DNA of 64,000 bases, from NCBI GenBank assembly GCA_965247095.1, contig OZ251997.1, positions 1,280,001 through 1,344,000 of the forward strand. The letters are read 5' to 3'. Source of the DNA: Candidatus Multivorans sp. (GTDB lineage Bacteria; Acidobacteriota; Thermoanaerobaculia; Multivoradales; Multivoraceae). Below the pieces are notes generated by a model. The model worked only from the letters and a program-made list of their open reading frames with translations, was not told where the DNA came from and searched no databases. The translations under genes and the position numbers were made by a program. Shown piece after piece: positions 54,302 through 64,000 of the stretch. Each line of letters starts with the position of its first letter. The stretch's first letter is position 1.

Positions 54302-55852
54302 TCAGGATTCCTTCCGGCCCCAGCCTCCACCGCCCGGCGTTTCCAGAACCAGGAGGTCGCCCGGCTCGACGTCGGCCTGATCGACGGAGTCCAGTTCCCG
54401 GACCCCGCCCGCGGCGCGCAGGATGCGGGCTCGGCCGACGGTTCCGCTCTCGCCGCCAAGGGCGCCGAACGGCCGCTCCACCCGGTGCTGGCCGAGCACC
54501 GAGACCTGCTGCCGGGACAGGAAGCGCAACTCCCGCCTGAGACCGTCGCCGCCCGGGTACCTGCCGGCCCCGCCCGACCCCGGACGCAGGCCAAACCGCT
54601 CGAGACGCACGGGATAGCGATGCTCCAGCACTTCCGGATCGGTGATCCGCGTGTTCGTCATGTGGGTGTGCACACCACTGGCGCCGGCAAAGCCGGGACC
54701 GGCGCCGGCGCCCCCGCCGACCGTCTCGTAGTACCCGAAGGTGTCGTCGCCGAACAGCGTGTTGTTCATCGTGCCCTGCCCGCAGGCGCAAAGTCCGAGC
54801 GCCCGCAGCAGCGTGTCGACGACCCGTTGACTCGTCTCGACGTTGCCCCCGACCACCGCCGGGCAGAGCCTCGGGTCGGCCGAGAACTCGGGGTTCAGCA
54901 TGCCGCGGGGGATCTCGATCTCCACCGGCTCGAGTAGCCCCTCGTTGAGCTGCAACGGCACCCCGATGAGCAACCGCAGCACGTAGATCGTGGCGCTCCG
55001 GACGATCGCCGGGGTGGCGTTCAGGTTGCCCGGATGGGTCGGGGCGCTGCCGGTGAAGTCGATCCGCGCCGAACCGCGCTCGATCGTCACCTCGACCTCG
55101 ATCGGGGCGCCGTCGTCAAGCCGTTCGAGGGCGTGGAAGGACTGGCGCCCGGTGCTCCGCACGTGTTCCTCGAGGGCGACCCGCATGCGGTCGGCGGCGC
55201 GCGAGTAGAGCGCTGTCATGTAGCGGCGCACCTCGTCCTCGCCGCGGTCCGCCGCGAGCTGTTGAAGCGCGGCCGCTCCACGCCGGTTGGCCGCGACCGC
55301 AGCGGCGAGGTCGGCGAGATTCTCGGCCACCGAACGGGACGGCGACGGGCCTCGGCGCAACAGCGCCTCCATCTGCTCCCACTGGGGTTCGCCGGCCCGC
55401 ACCAGGCGCTGCGGTGCGATGACGACGCCCTCCTCGGCCAGGTTCGCCGCCTTCGGCGGCATCGAGCCGGGGCGGATGCCGCCGAGCTCGGCGTGGTGGG
55501 CCCGGTTCGCGACGTAGCCGATCAGCCGGCCGTCCACGTGGACGGGGGCGATGACCGTGATGTCCGGCAGGTGGGACCCGCCGTAGGCGGGATGGTTCGT
55601 GACCGCGACATCGCCGGGGTCGAGTTCGAGCTCGGCGGCGACACCGCGCACGCACTCGCCGAGGGCGCCGAGGTGCACCGGAATGTGCGGCGCATTGACC
55701 AGCAGCCGCCCAGAGGCATCCAACAGACCGCACGAGAAGTCGAGCCGCTCCTTGACGTTCACCGACATCGCGGTCCGCTGCAGCATGACGCCCATCTCGG
55801 ACGCAATCGCCGCGAAGCGATTCGAGAACAACTCCAAACGGACCGGATCCAC
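54302..55852 (-). CDS. Hydantoinase B/oxoprolinase family protein
   Basis: SVNVKERLDFSC, HIPVHLG, NHPAYGGSHLPD, HHAELGG, TNTRITDPE, TPGGGGWG. Confidence 0.92.
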   Translation of the reverse strand: MDPVRLELFSNRFAAIASEMGVMLQRTAMSVNVKERLDFSCGLLDASGRLLVNAPHIPVHLGALGECVRGVAAELELDPGDVAVTNHPAYGGSHLPDITVIAPVHVDGRLIGYVANRAHHAELGGIRPGSMPPKAANLAEEGVVIAPQRLVRAGEPQWEQMEALLRRGPSPSRSVAENLADLAAAVAANRRGAAALQQLAADRGEDEVRRYMTALYSRAADRMRVALEEHVRSTGRQSFHALERLDDGAPIEVEVTIERGSARIDFTGSAPTHPGNLNATPAIVRSATIYVLRLLIGVPLQLNEGLLEPVEIEIPRGMLNPEFSADPRLCPAVVGGNVETSQRVVDTLLRALGLCACGQGTMNNTLFGDDTFGYYETVGGGAGAGPGFAGASGVHTHMTNTRITDPEVLEHRYPVRLERFGLRPGSGGAGRYPGGDGLRRELRFLSRQQVSVLGQHRVERPFGALGGESGTVGRARILRAAGGVRELDSVDQADVEPGDLLVLETPGGGGWGRKES

Positions 55853-55971
55853 GAGCGGAGTCTACGCGGGCGGGGGCCGGGAAGCGTTCGCGGCCGGGAA
55901 CTCGCTAAGGTACCGCTTCCGCAAGATCCGAAGAGACACCGGAACACGACGCCGACACCCCAGGAGCCGCC

Positions 55972-57594
55972 ATGACCGACAGCACGATGATGGACTTCCC
56001 GTTGACGATCCGCATGATCTTCGATCACGGCCGCCGGGTCTACGCAGACAGTCGCGTGATCACCTGCCAAGCGGACGGCGCGCGGATCGGCACCTACGCC
56101 GAGGTCGCGGACCACGCCGCGCAGCTCGCCCACGCGCTGAAGGACTTGGGGATAGAACCGGGCGACCGCGTCGGCACCTTCGCCTGGAACAACCAGGAGC
56201 ACATGGAGGCGTACTTCGCGATTCCCTGCATGGGCGCCGTCCTGCACACCCTGAACATCCGCCTGTTCCCGGAACAGTTGACCTACGTCACGAACCACGC
56301 CGAGGACCGCGTCGTGATCGTCGACGACTCCCTGATTCCGCTGCTGGCCCAGGTCGCCGCCGACCTGACCACGGTGGAGCACTTCATCGTGGTCGGCGAC
56401 GGCGACGCTTCGGCGCTCGCCGCGGGAGGCGCCGCCATCCACCGCTACCACGATCTGCTCGAAGGCAAACCGACCACCTTCGACTGGCCGGAGATCGACG
56501 AGCGGGCCGCGTGCGCGATGTGCTACACGAGCGGCACCACCGGCAACCCGAAGGGCGTCGCATACAGCCACCGGTCGTCCTTCCTGCACGCGCTCGGCGT
56601 CGCCTCGGGCGGCGCGCTGGGCATCAGCCAGCAGGACAGCATCCTGGCCATCGTACCGATGTTCCACGCCAACGCCTGGGGCCTGCCCCACGTCGGCTGG
56701 TTCACCGGCGCCGACTTCGTGATGCCCGACCGTTTCCTGCAGGCGGAACCCCTGTGCCGGATCATCGCCGAGCACCGGCCGACCCTCTCGGGCGCGGTGC
56801 CGACGATCTGGAACGAGGTCCTGCGCTACTCCGAGAACCACGAAGTGGACTTCTCCTCGTTCCGCGCCGTCCTGTGCGGCGGCTCGGCCGTGCCGCGCTC
56901 CCTGATCGAGGGTTTCCGGGATCGCTTCGGCGTCGACATCATCCAGGGCTGGGGGATGACCGAGACCTCGCCCCTCGCCGCGATGGCGATTCCCCCACGC
57001 GGCACGCCCCGCGAAGAAGAGGTCGACTGGCGGGTGAAGACCGGCCGTATCATCTCCGGCGTCGAAATCCGGATCACGAACGACGCCGGCGAGGTCATGC
57101 CCTGGGACGGCGAAGCGGTCGGCGAGATCGAGATCCGTGGCCCCTGGATCACCGGCTCGTACTACCTGGACGACGACCCCGAGAAGTTCCACGACGGCTG
57201 GCTGCGGACCGGCGACGTCGCCTCGATCGACCCACTCGGGTTCGTCCAGATCACCGACCGGGCCAAGGACGTGATCAAGTCCGGCGGCGAGTGGATCTCC
57301 TCGGTCGATCTCGAGAACGAGCTGATGGGCCACCCCGCCGTTGCCGAAGCCGCCGTCGTCGGCGTGCCGGACGACCGCTGGGACGAGCGGCCGCTCGCCT
57401 GCGTGGTGCTCAACGACGGCGCCGACGCCGACCCCGGCGAACTCCGGAGCTACCTCGCCGACCGCGTCGCCCGCTGGTGGGTCCCCGAGCGCTGGACCTT
57501 CATCGACGAGGTGCCGAAGACCAGCGTCGGCAAGTTCGACAAGAAGGTCCTGCGCGCGCGGTACGGGGACGGAGACCTGGACGTGGTGACCTAG
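55972..57594 (+). CDS. Fatty-acid--CoA ligase (AlkK/DmdB-like)
   Basis: [44 protein letters not shown]. Confidence 0.93.
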   Translation: MTDSTMMDFPLTIRMIFDHGRRVYADSRVITCQADGARIGTYAEVADHAAQLAHALKDLGIEPGDRVGTFAWNNQEHMEAYFAIPCMGAVLHTLNIRLFPEQLTYVTNHAEDRVVIVDDSLIPLLAQVAADLTTVEHFIVVGDGDASALAAGGAAIHRYHDLLEGKPTTFDWPEIDERAACAMCYTSGTTGNPKGVAYSHRSSFLHALGVASGGALGISQQDSILAIVPMFHANAWGLPHVGWFTGADFVMPDRFLQAEPLCRIIAEHRPTLSGAVPTIWNEVLRYSENHEVDFSSFRAVLCGGSAVPRSLIEGFRDRFGVDIIQGWGMTETSPLAAMAIPPRGTPREEEVDWRVKTGRIISGVEIRITNDAGEVMPWDGEAVGEIEIRGPWITGSYYLDDDPEKFHDGWLRTGDVASIDPLGFVQITDRAKDVIKSGGEWISSVDLENELMGHPAVAEAAVVGVPDDRWDERPLACVVLNDGADADPGELRSYLADRVARWWVPERWTFIDEVPKTSVGKFDKKVLRARYGDGDLDVVT

Positions 57595-57618
57595 TCGGCC
57601 GCTCTGGCGCGCAAGCTC

Positions 57619-58497
57619 CTAGTCCGACGACACGCCCAGGTGCTCGTTGAACCAGGCCACGAGCGCGCTCGCGGCGCGCTGGCCGTTCTCGCCGCCGAAG
57701 CCGTGGCCGGCGCCCTCGATCACGATCAGCTCGGAGGTCACGTTCGCCTCGTCGAAGGCGGCCTTGATCCGCTCGCTGTTGGCGAGCGGCACGAGTTGGT
57801 CGGCATCGCCGTGGACGAGCAGGGTCGGTGGATCGTCCTCGCTGACGAACAGGACCGGTGAGATGGCGGTCGCCTTCTCCGCGTCGAAATCGAGTGCCGG
57901 GAAGCGCTCGTTCGGGCCGGTAAGCCCCTGCAGGTCGACCGGCGGGAAGTAGGCGACCACCGCGGCGACGCGGTTTCCGGTCTGTTCGATGGGATCCTTG
58001 CTCTCTGCGTTCCCCTCGTCCGAGGCGTTGCCGAGCATCAGGGACAGGTGGCCCCCGGCGCTGCCGCCGGTCACACCCAACCGGTCCGGGTCGACGCCGA
58101 AATCGTCCGCGTTGAGGCGAACGTAGCGGACCGCGCGACGCACGTCGGCGACCGCCTCCGGCACCTTGAACAGCGGGGCCGAGCCGTGGCGGACCATGAA
58201 CACGGCGTAGCCGTTGTCCAGGAGATCGCCGATCGCGCCGGCCCGGCGACTGTCACCGGACACGATGCGGTGCGGGTCGTTCCAGCGGGAGAACCAGCCG
58301 CCGCTGACCATGAACAGCACGCCGGCGCCGTTCTGATCCGCCGGCACGAGTGCATCGAAGGTCAGGGCCATGCCCATCTTGTGGCCGTAGACCACGTCGG
58401 CGTGGACTTCGGTGTCGCCGCCGGCCGACAGCGGCGCGGCGAGGAGGGCCGCGACGATCGCGGCAGCGAGTAGGTGCTTCACGAGTGTCTGTTTCAT
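57619..58497 (-). CDS. Secreted alpha/beta hydrolase (BD-FAE-like esterase)
   Basis: Signal peptide, SGGW, GGSAGGHLS, HGDAD, GAGHGF. Confidence 0.88.
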   Translation of the reverse strand: MKQTLVKHLLAAAIVAALLAAPLSAGGDTEVHADVVYGHKMGMALTFDALVPADQNGAGVLFMVSGGWFSRWNDPHRIVSGDSRRAGAIGDLLDNGYAVFMVRHGSAPLFKVPEAVADVRRAVRYVRLNADDFGVDPDRLGVTGGSAGGHLSLMLGNASDEGNAESKDPIEQTGNRVAAVVAYFPPVDLQGLTGPNERFPALDFDAEKATAISPVLFVSEDDPPTLLVHGDADQLVPLANSERIKAAFDEANVTSELIVIEGAGHGFGGENGQRAASALVAWFNEHLGVSSD

Positions 58498-58575
58498 TTG
58501 GGGGTTCTCCATGTTCTCGGTCTGTTCGGGCGGGCGGACGTTCTTCGCTCGGGCCACTACGGTTCACTCAGGCCA

Positions 58576-60255
58576 CTACGGCCGCGCTCCTCCCGCCGTC
58601 TCCTGCAGCGGGCTCTCTGACTGCATCTTGGCGGCGGCAACCATATCCGCCACGTCGGCCAGCAGGGCCTTCGCGTCGAACACGATCCCGTCCTTGATCG
58701 TGTAGCGGACGCCGCCGATTCGCTCGGGCCGTCCCGTCGCATCGTTGAGCCGCACGGCCCCGGTGCCGTAGAGCACCTTCAGGTTGGCGACCGGGTTCTC
58801 GTCGACCACGAGCAGGTCGGCCAGCATGCCCTCGCGCACGATGCCGAACTCCATCTCGGCGCCGCTGGCCCGGGTCAGCTCCTCGGCGCCGTACATGGTC
58901 GCCGAGCGGATGACCTCCAACGGATGGAAGCCGGACTCCTGGAGCAGTTCGAGCTCCAGAATCGTGCCGAAACCGTAGGTCTGGTAGATGAAGCCTGAGT
59001 CCGAACCGATCGTGACCTTGCCGCCCCGGTTCTTGTACTCGTTGAGGAACTGCATCCACACCCGGTAGAAGTTCTTCCACGCCACCTCGTCCCAGGTGGT
59101 CCAGTCGTACCAGTACGAGCCATGGTCCTCGCGGCTGGGGGCGTAGAACTCCGCCAGGGTGGGCAGGGTGTAGTCGGCGTGCCAATCGGCGTTGCGCGCC
59201 CGCATCACGTCGCGGCCGGCCGAGTAGATCGTCATCGTCGGGTTGATGAAGAAGTCGAGTTCGAGGAACTCGTCGAGCAGGGCGTTCCAGCGCTCGCCGC
59301 CGGGCTCGACGAGGCGCCACTGGCGGGCCACCTGGCCGAAGCGGAACTGCTCGTCCGTGTAGTTCATCTGCGCCGGCCAGGGCTGGACATCGGCGCCGTC
59401 GTACATCGACTCGAACAGGCCGTAGAAGTGGGTCATCCCGACCAGGCCGAGCCGCGCGGCGTCGAGCGCGTTCATCTGCGCCACGCCCATCTGGTCGAGA
59501 TGGGCCGTCGAGCCCAGGCCCAGGCTGCCCGCCTCGTCGAGGAGCGCAGCCATGATCTTCGGCGGGTAGGCGCCGAGCTTCAGCCCGTCCACGCCCTTGC
59601 CGTGGGCGTAACGCACCCACTCGCGCGCGTCGGCGGGAGTGCGGATCTTCCGGTCCTTCCACTCCTTGCCGCCACCGGGACGTTGGTAGGACACCAGACG
59701 CGGCGCCGTGATCTCGTTGTTCTGGCTGCGCTCCTTCTCGCTCAGATCCCATTCCAGCGGCCCCGTCGGCACACCGCGGGCCGTGGTGATGCCGTGAGCG
59801 AGCCACAACTTGTAGACGTACTCGGCCTGCGGCACCTTGGGCATGCCGCCGGTATGCACGTGGAGATCGACCAGGCCCGGCATGACGAAGGAACCGGCGA
59901 GGTCCAGCTCGCGGTCGGCGTCCTTCGGCCGCTTGTCCTCGTCGATTTCGGCGTTCGGCATCCCGATGCTCTTGATCTCCGCGATCCGGTTGCCCTCGAT
60001 CACGACATCGACAGGCCCCATGGGCGGCGCCCCGGCGCCGTTGATCACCGTGACCCCGCGCAGAATCAAGCGGTCGAAGGGACCCTCTCCCTCGTCGTCG
60101 GGCCGCGGCGGCGCCGGCTCGACCAGTTTCTCCTCTTCGTCCTCGTCATCGGCAGCCGCCAGCGGCGCAGCCGCCGCCGAGATAGCGACCAGAACGGCCA
60201 GTCCGAAGCCGAACAAACGCCTCCAGGGCGAGAGATCCAAACTCAACTGGGACAT
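58576..60255 (-). CDS. Secreted amidohydrolase superfamily protein
   Basis: Signal-like N-terminus, MPGLVDLHVH, GSDSG, G..ADLLVVDENP. Confidence 0.88.
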   Translation of the reverse strand: MSQLSLDLSPWRRLFGFGLAVLVAISAAAAPLAAADDEDEEEKLVEPAPPRPDDEGEGPFDRLILRGVTVINGAGAPPMGPVDVVIEGNRIAEIKSIGMPNAEIDEDKRPKDADRELDLAGSFVMPGLVDLHVHTGGMPKVPQAEYVYKLWLAHGITTARGVPTGPLEWDLSEKERSQNNEITAPRLVSYQRPGGGKEWKDRKIRTPADAREWVRYAHGKGVDGLKLGAYPPKIMAALLDEAGSLGLGSTAHLDQMGVAQMNALDAARLGLVGMTHFYGLFESMYDGADVQPWPAQMNYTDEQFRFGQVARQWRLVEPGGERWNALLDEFLELDFFINPTMTIYSAGRDVMRARNADWHADYTLPTLAEFYAPSREDHGSYWYDWTTWDEVAWKNFYRVWMQFLNEYKNRGGKVTIGSDSGFIYQTYGFGTILELELLQESGFHPLEVIRSATMYGAEELTRASGAEMEFGIVREGMLADLLVVDENPVANLKVLYGTGAVRLNDATGRPERIGGVRYTIKDGIVFDAKALLADVADMVAAAKMQSESPLQETAGGARP

Positions 60256-60331
60256 GGCTTCTCCTTCCAGTCTTCTAGACCGGGGAATCAAGGGACCGAA
60301 CCTATCGCGGTCCAGGCGGCGACGTTCAGGG

Positions 60332-61333
60332 TCAGGACAGCGAGGGCCGCTCACCGGAATCGACCACAGCACTCAGGTAGAGCAGCGCCTGACCCGGCTG
60401 GGGCGCCTGCACGAGGAGGTCGTGGGTGGCGGCGAGCACGTCCCGCCGGCTGATCTGCCCCACCAGCTTGCGGTCCTTGAGTACCGGCAGCCGGCGATAC
60501 GGAGTGCTCTTGAAGATGCGCGCGATGCTCAAGAGATCCGTGTCCTCGGAGATCGTACGGGCTTTGCGGTCCATGAAGGCAGAGGCGTCGGTGGAGTCGA
60601 GCTCGAAGTCTCCGGAGTCCCCTTCCTCGTCCTCCGCCAGATCCTCCAGGCCGAGTTCGCTGCTGCGCTCGCGCAGAATCGAGCGCCGGCCGTCCAGCGC
60701 CGATGTCAGGTGGTGCGACGCCGCGAGCACGTCGCGGCGACTCACCTGACCAACAAGCGCGCCGTCCCGGACCACCGGCAAACGGCGGTACGGCGTGTCG
60801 AGAAAGCGCTGGGCGATCTCCAGCAGCGGCTCGGAGCCGTCGATCACGCGGCCGAAGTCCGTGTTCATGAAGGCGTCGACGGGCGCCGCCGGCAACTGGT
60901 CATAGGCTAGCCCCAGCAGAACCTCCATCGAGAACTTCTCGGAAAAAACACCCAGCAAGCGGCCGTTCTTATCGACGACCGGCGCACCCGAAATCCGGTT
61001 CTTCAGCAGCAGGGCGATCGCATCCAACGCGGACATTCCTGCCTGAAGCGTGACCAGGCGAGTGGCCATGAAGTCCCGCGCCCGGGTACGGCGGCTCGTC
61101 GCCAGTCCCCGCTCGTCGGCGGCCCGCGCGGTCACCGTCAGCACGGTGAGGCAGCTCTTCTCGGACAACATACCGAGATAGCGGTGCCGCTCGCCGATCA
61201 CGGGCGCGCCCGTAATCCGATGCCGCAGCAGTGCCGCGATGCAGTCGTAGACGTGGGTGCGCGGATGCACGGTGACCAGCTTCGTCACCATGATGTCCCG
61301 CGCAAGCTTCGGCTTGTCGATCACTCTGTCCAT
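60332..61333 (-). CDS. CBS-domain protein (four CBS motifs)
   Basis: ITGAPVI...LGMLSEK, ISGAPVV...LGVFSEK, YRRLPVV...VGQVSRRDVL, YRRLPVL...VGQISRRDVL. Confidence 0.88.
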   Translation of the reverse strand: MDRVIDKPKLARDIMVTKLVTVHPRTHVYDCIAALLRHRITGAPVIGERHRYLGMLSEKSCLTVLTVTARAADERGLATSRRTRARDFMATRLVTLQAGMSALDAIALLLKNRISGAPVVDKNGRLLGVFSEKFSMEVLLGLAYDQLPAAPVDAFMNTDFGRVIDGSEPLLEIAQRFLDTPYRRLPVVRDGALVGQVSRRDVLAASHHLTSALDGRRSILRERSSELGLEDLAEDEEGDSGDFELDSTDASAFMDRKARTISEDTDLLSIARIFKSTPYRRLPVLKDRKLVGQISRRDVLAATHDLLVQAPQPGQALLYLSAVVDSGERPSLS

Positions 61334-61453
61334 CGGAAACCTTGATCGTAGCAGCGACGCCCCGCTGGAGGTCGTCGAGGTACAGCCAGGGCCTGCTAGG
61401 GTTGTTCGCTCTCAAGAGCCGAGAATCCACAGCCAGTCCGAGGAGAGAGTTCC

Positions 61454-62770
61454 ATGTTTCGTTCCACCACCCTGCCCCGCCTCCTGACCGCGCTCCTTGC
61501 GATCGCATTCCTGAGTCTCGGCCTCACCGCCTGTGCCCAGACCCGCGCCGACGTTCCGGTTCAGAGTCCCCGCGACCTGGCAACGGCGACGCCGGAGAGC
61601 GTCGGCATGTCGAGCGAGCGGCTCGAGCGCCTGAACGAAGGGATGCAGGATCTCGTCGACGACGGCCTGCTCGCCGGCATCACGACGATGATCGCGCGCC
61701 ACGGCAAGATCGCCCACTTCGGCGCCTTCGGACACCAGGACATCGAAGCCGGCGTCGAGATGAACGAGGACACGATCTTCCGCATCTACTCGATGACCAA
61801 ACCGATCACCGGCGTCGCCCTGATGATCCTCTACGAGGAAGGCAAGTTCCGGCTCTCCGACCCGGTCCACCGCTACATCCCCGAGTTCGAGGGCCTGGTC
61901 GTCGCCGCCGGCGAGGGTCCGAACGGCCCGATCACGGAAGAGGCCGACCACCCGATGACGATCCGCGAGCTGATGAGCCACACCGCGGGCCTCTCCTACG
62001 GCATCTTCTCCCAGTCCCAGGTCGACGCGATGTACAGGGAGGCGGGCATCATCACCAACCCGGACCACACCCTCAAGGACATGATCGACGAGCTCGCGAA
62101 GATCCCCTTGCTCTACCAGCCAGGCTCGACGTGGCACTACAGCGTCGCGGTCGACGTCCAGGGCTACCTGGTCGAGGTGCTTTCCGGCCAGCCGTTCGAC
62201 GAGTTCTTGGGCGAGCGCGTGTTCGGTCCGTTGGGCATGAACGACTCGGCCTTCCACGTCGCCGCCGACAAGGCGGACCGCTTCTCCCAGGTCTACACCC
62301 ACGATGAGGACGGCAACCTGTTGGCCCAGGAGGGCTTCGGCGGCCGCCGCGACTACCTCGACCCGCCCGCATTCCTCTCCGGCGGCGGCGGTCTGGTGTC
62401 CACGACGATGGACTACATGCGGTTCAGCCAGATGATGCTCAACGGCGGCGAACTGGACGGCGTGCGCATCCTCGCGCCCTCGACGGTCAAGCTGATGCAC
62501 CTCAACCACCTGCCGCGCGAACTCAAGGAGATGTCGCCGGGCACCGGCTTCGGCCTCGACTTCGCCGTCGTCCTCGACCCCGTCGCCGCCGACGGCATCT
62601 CCAAGGGCGAGTACTGGTGGGGCGGCGCCGCCGGCACCTGGTTCTGGATCGACCCGAAGGAAGACCTCGTCTTCGTCGGCATGATCCAGCACTTCGGCCC
62701 CCGCCGTCCGGACGTCCGCTCCCTGAGCCGCCGTCTCACCTACCAGGCAATCCTCGAACCGAGCTCGTAG
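61454..62770 (+). CDS. Serine hydrolase, beta-lactamase-related family (probable lipoprotein)
   Basis: LTAC lipobox, FRIYSMTK (SxxK), WHYS, WGGAAGT. Confidence 0.9.
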   Translation: MFRSTTLPRLLTALLAIAFLSLGLTACAQTRADVPVQSPRDLATATPESVGMSSERLERLNEGMQDLVDDGLLAGITTMIARHGKIAHFGAFGHQDIEAGVEMNEDTIFRIYSMTKPITGVALMILYEEGKFRLSDPVHRYIPEFEGLVVAAGEGPNGPITEEADHPMTIRELMSHTAGLSYGIFSQSQVDAMYREAGIITNPDHTLKDMIDELAKIPLLYQPGSTWHYSVAVDVQGYLVEVLSGQPFDEFLGERVFGPLGMNDSAFHVAADKADRFSQVYTHDEDGNLLAQEGFGGRRDYLDPPAFLSGGGGLVSTTMDYMRFSQMMLNGGELDGVRILAPSTVKLMHLNHLPRELKEMSPGTGFGLDFAVVLDPVAADGISKGEYWWGGAAGTWFWIDPKEDLVFVGMIQHFGPRRPDVRSLSRRLTYQAILEPSS

Positions 62771-62799
62771 CCGGGCGGGCAGCGTCCGCCCAACCTTCG

Positions 62800-62971
62800 C
62801 TAGGTCGAAACGTGTCGCCGGCCGGCCGTCAAGCCACTTGGCGAAGCGCCCGAGCGCCGCCCGGTAGTCCTTGGCGGTGTTGGGTGCGATCGAGGCTTCG
62901 AGCGCGGCGCCGACGCGGCGGACGTCGCCGGCGGTGAGCTCGGCCGCGGCGGTGGGTTCGAGCTGGCTCAC
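62800..62971 (-). pseudogene. N-terminal fragment of a tyrosine recombinase/integrase
   Basis: LEASIAPNTAKDYRAALGRFAKWLDGRPAT resembles the core-binding-domain start of phage-type integrases; catalytic domain absent. Confidence 0.55.
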
Positions 62972-63026
62972 GGTGGGTTCCCGGGGGTGTGGCGCTGCGA
63001 TTCTGGCGCGGATCGTAGGCGCGAAC

Positions 63027-63236
63027 ATGCGGGAGCTCCGGGTCACCACACGTCCTCCCATTCGTGTCTTCTATGCCTTCGACCCGCGGCGATCCGCTAT
63101 CCTCCTCATCGGTGGTCACAAGACGAGCAACGACCGCTTCTACCGTGATCTCGTTCACCGCGCAGACGCGCTCTATGACGAGCACCTCCACGAACTGAGT
63201 CTCGAAGGCTCCGACGAGCAAGGACCTGACCGATGA
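63027..63236 (+). pseudogene. C-terminal half of RelE/HigB (Gp49-like) toxin
   Basis: ANMRELRV...IRVFYAFDPRRSAILLIGGHKT...FYRDLVHRADALYDEHL; usual N-terminal half absent. Confidence 0.8.
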
Positions 63237-63451
63237 GCGGACGCCACCCCTGGAACACTCTTCTCGAACGCACGTTCAGCCCCGAAGAACGCACCGAGAT
63301 CGCGCGCGAGGGGGCGAAGATCGCCGCTGACAATCGTCGGCGGCGGAACCCTCCGGCCGGCCGTAGCTCATCGCCGCAGCCGCAACCCCGGCCACGCCGC
63401 CCGGCTGCCGAACGCGCCGCGCTCTCACCAAACCGGAGCGACCGCGCGTAA
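63233..63451 (+). pseudogene. HigA-like antitoxin N-terminus without HTH domain
   Basis: ATGA overlap with the toxin stop; MSGRHPWNTLLERTFSPEERTEI then low-complexity tail. Confidence 0.55.
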
Positions 63452-63621
63452 GCCTCAACCGAGACGACAGCCGGGTCGCGCGCCAGGTAGCTGAGCAGCC
63501 CGGGCAGCCGACCCGCCGACGCTCATCGGCTTCCCGGTCCACGAGGCGTTCGCGGTCGCTCTCGACCTGGTGTCGGCCCGAACGTCCGCGATGTCCGCCT
63601 TGGTGGCGGTGCCCTTGATCG

Positions 63622-64000
63622 CTAGCGCTTTGCTTTCTTGCCGAACATGATGCCGGCGACGCGGCGGATCTGGATTTCTTCGGAGCCTTCGGTGATGCGG
63701 TAGCGGCGGTGGTGGCGGTAGATGTGCTCGAAGGGTTTGTGGCGGGTGTAGCCGATGCCGCCGTGGACCTGGATGGCGCGGTCGGCGGCGTTGCAGACGA
63801 GGCGGTTTGCGCGGTAGTTGCACATGGAGACCTTGTCGGTGACCTCCATGTGGTGCTGCTGGTCGAGTTCCCAGGCCGTCTTGTAGACGAGGTTCCGCAC
63901 CATCTCGCATTCGGTCTGCAGTTCGGCGAGCGGGAACTGGATCGCCTGGTTGAGCCATAGCGGCTTGCCGAAGACCGTCCGCTCGCGGGCGTATTCGATG
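63622..64000 (-). CDS. Acyl-CoA dehydrogenase, C-terminal part (runs off right edge)
   Basis: YARERTVFGKPL...NQAIQFPLAE...AIQVHGGIGY...RRYRITEGSEEIQ. Confidence 0.92.
   Translation of the reverse strand, partial: IEYARERTVFGKPLWLNQAIQFPLAELQTECEMVRNLVYKTAWELDQQHHMEVTDKVSMCNYRANRLVCNAADRAIQVHGGIGYTRHKPFEHIYRHHRRYRITEGSEEIQIRRVAGIMFGKKAKR

Noticed and set aside
61386-61401. CCAGGGCCTGCTAGG as a solo IS1182 end
   Set aside because: Match is short, has no partner end, and is equally explained as an extended -10 (TGcTAGGGT) for the serine hydrolase.
61412-63061. 549-aa minus-strand ORF
   Set aside because: Mostly antisense to the serine hydrolase; only ~55 codons (integrase-like fragment) look genuine.

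Overview
High-GC bacterial chromosomal window. The gene order (rpsA-ihfB-DUF6677-like-small membrane protein-lpxB-yicC-gmk-rpoZ-coaBC-udg; yifB-M23-secA-guaB) and a repeated 'YFF..N.EVLIKVLDGC.NGH.WVF' domain suggest an Acidobacteriota (Thermoanaerobaculia-like) genome; this taxonomy is an inference. About 50 kb (11-62.8 kb) is intact housekeeping, envelope and metabolic genes. Decayed accessory DNA occupies 2.7-10.9 kb and 62.8-63.6 kb. The left patch holds a frameshifted mazF with an intact antitoxin, a CTAG-flanked MITE, an internally deleted IS3, a 128-bp copy of speB that differs only at synonymous sites, a large reprolysin-like metallopeptidase pseudogene hit by complete IS4 and IS1182-like elements, and MobA/MobL and DUF1640-like relics. 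The right patch holds integrase, HigBA and DUF1640-like scraps. The most novel-looking signal is a 67-68 bp double-hairpin element present twice (3612-3679 and 40488-40554). Its two copies show compensatory base-pair changes in both stems, each is bounded by an AC dinucleotide at a GAAC^NCGG site, and one splits a REP-like palindrome. Other notable items: a tandem 54-bp TIR mini-element in the radC/speB promoter region, a membrane pseudokinase, an unannotated promoter/operator/sORF/hairpin unit, S1 with an acidic tandem-repeat tail, and an AABB-ordered CBS protein. No rRNA, tRNA or CRISPR array was recognised. All calls are by eye; no database searches were run.
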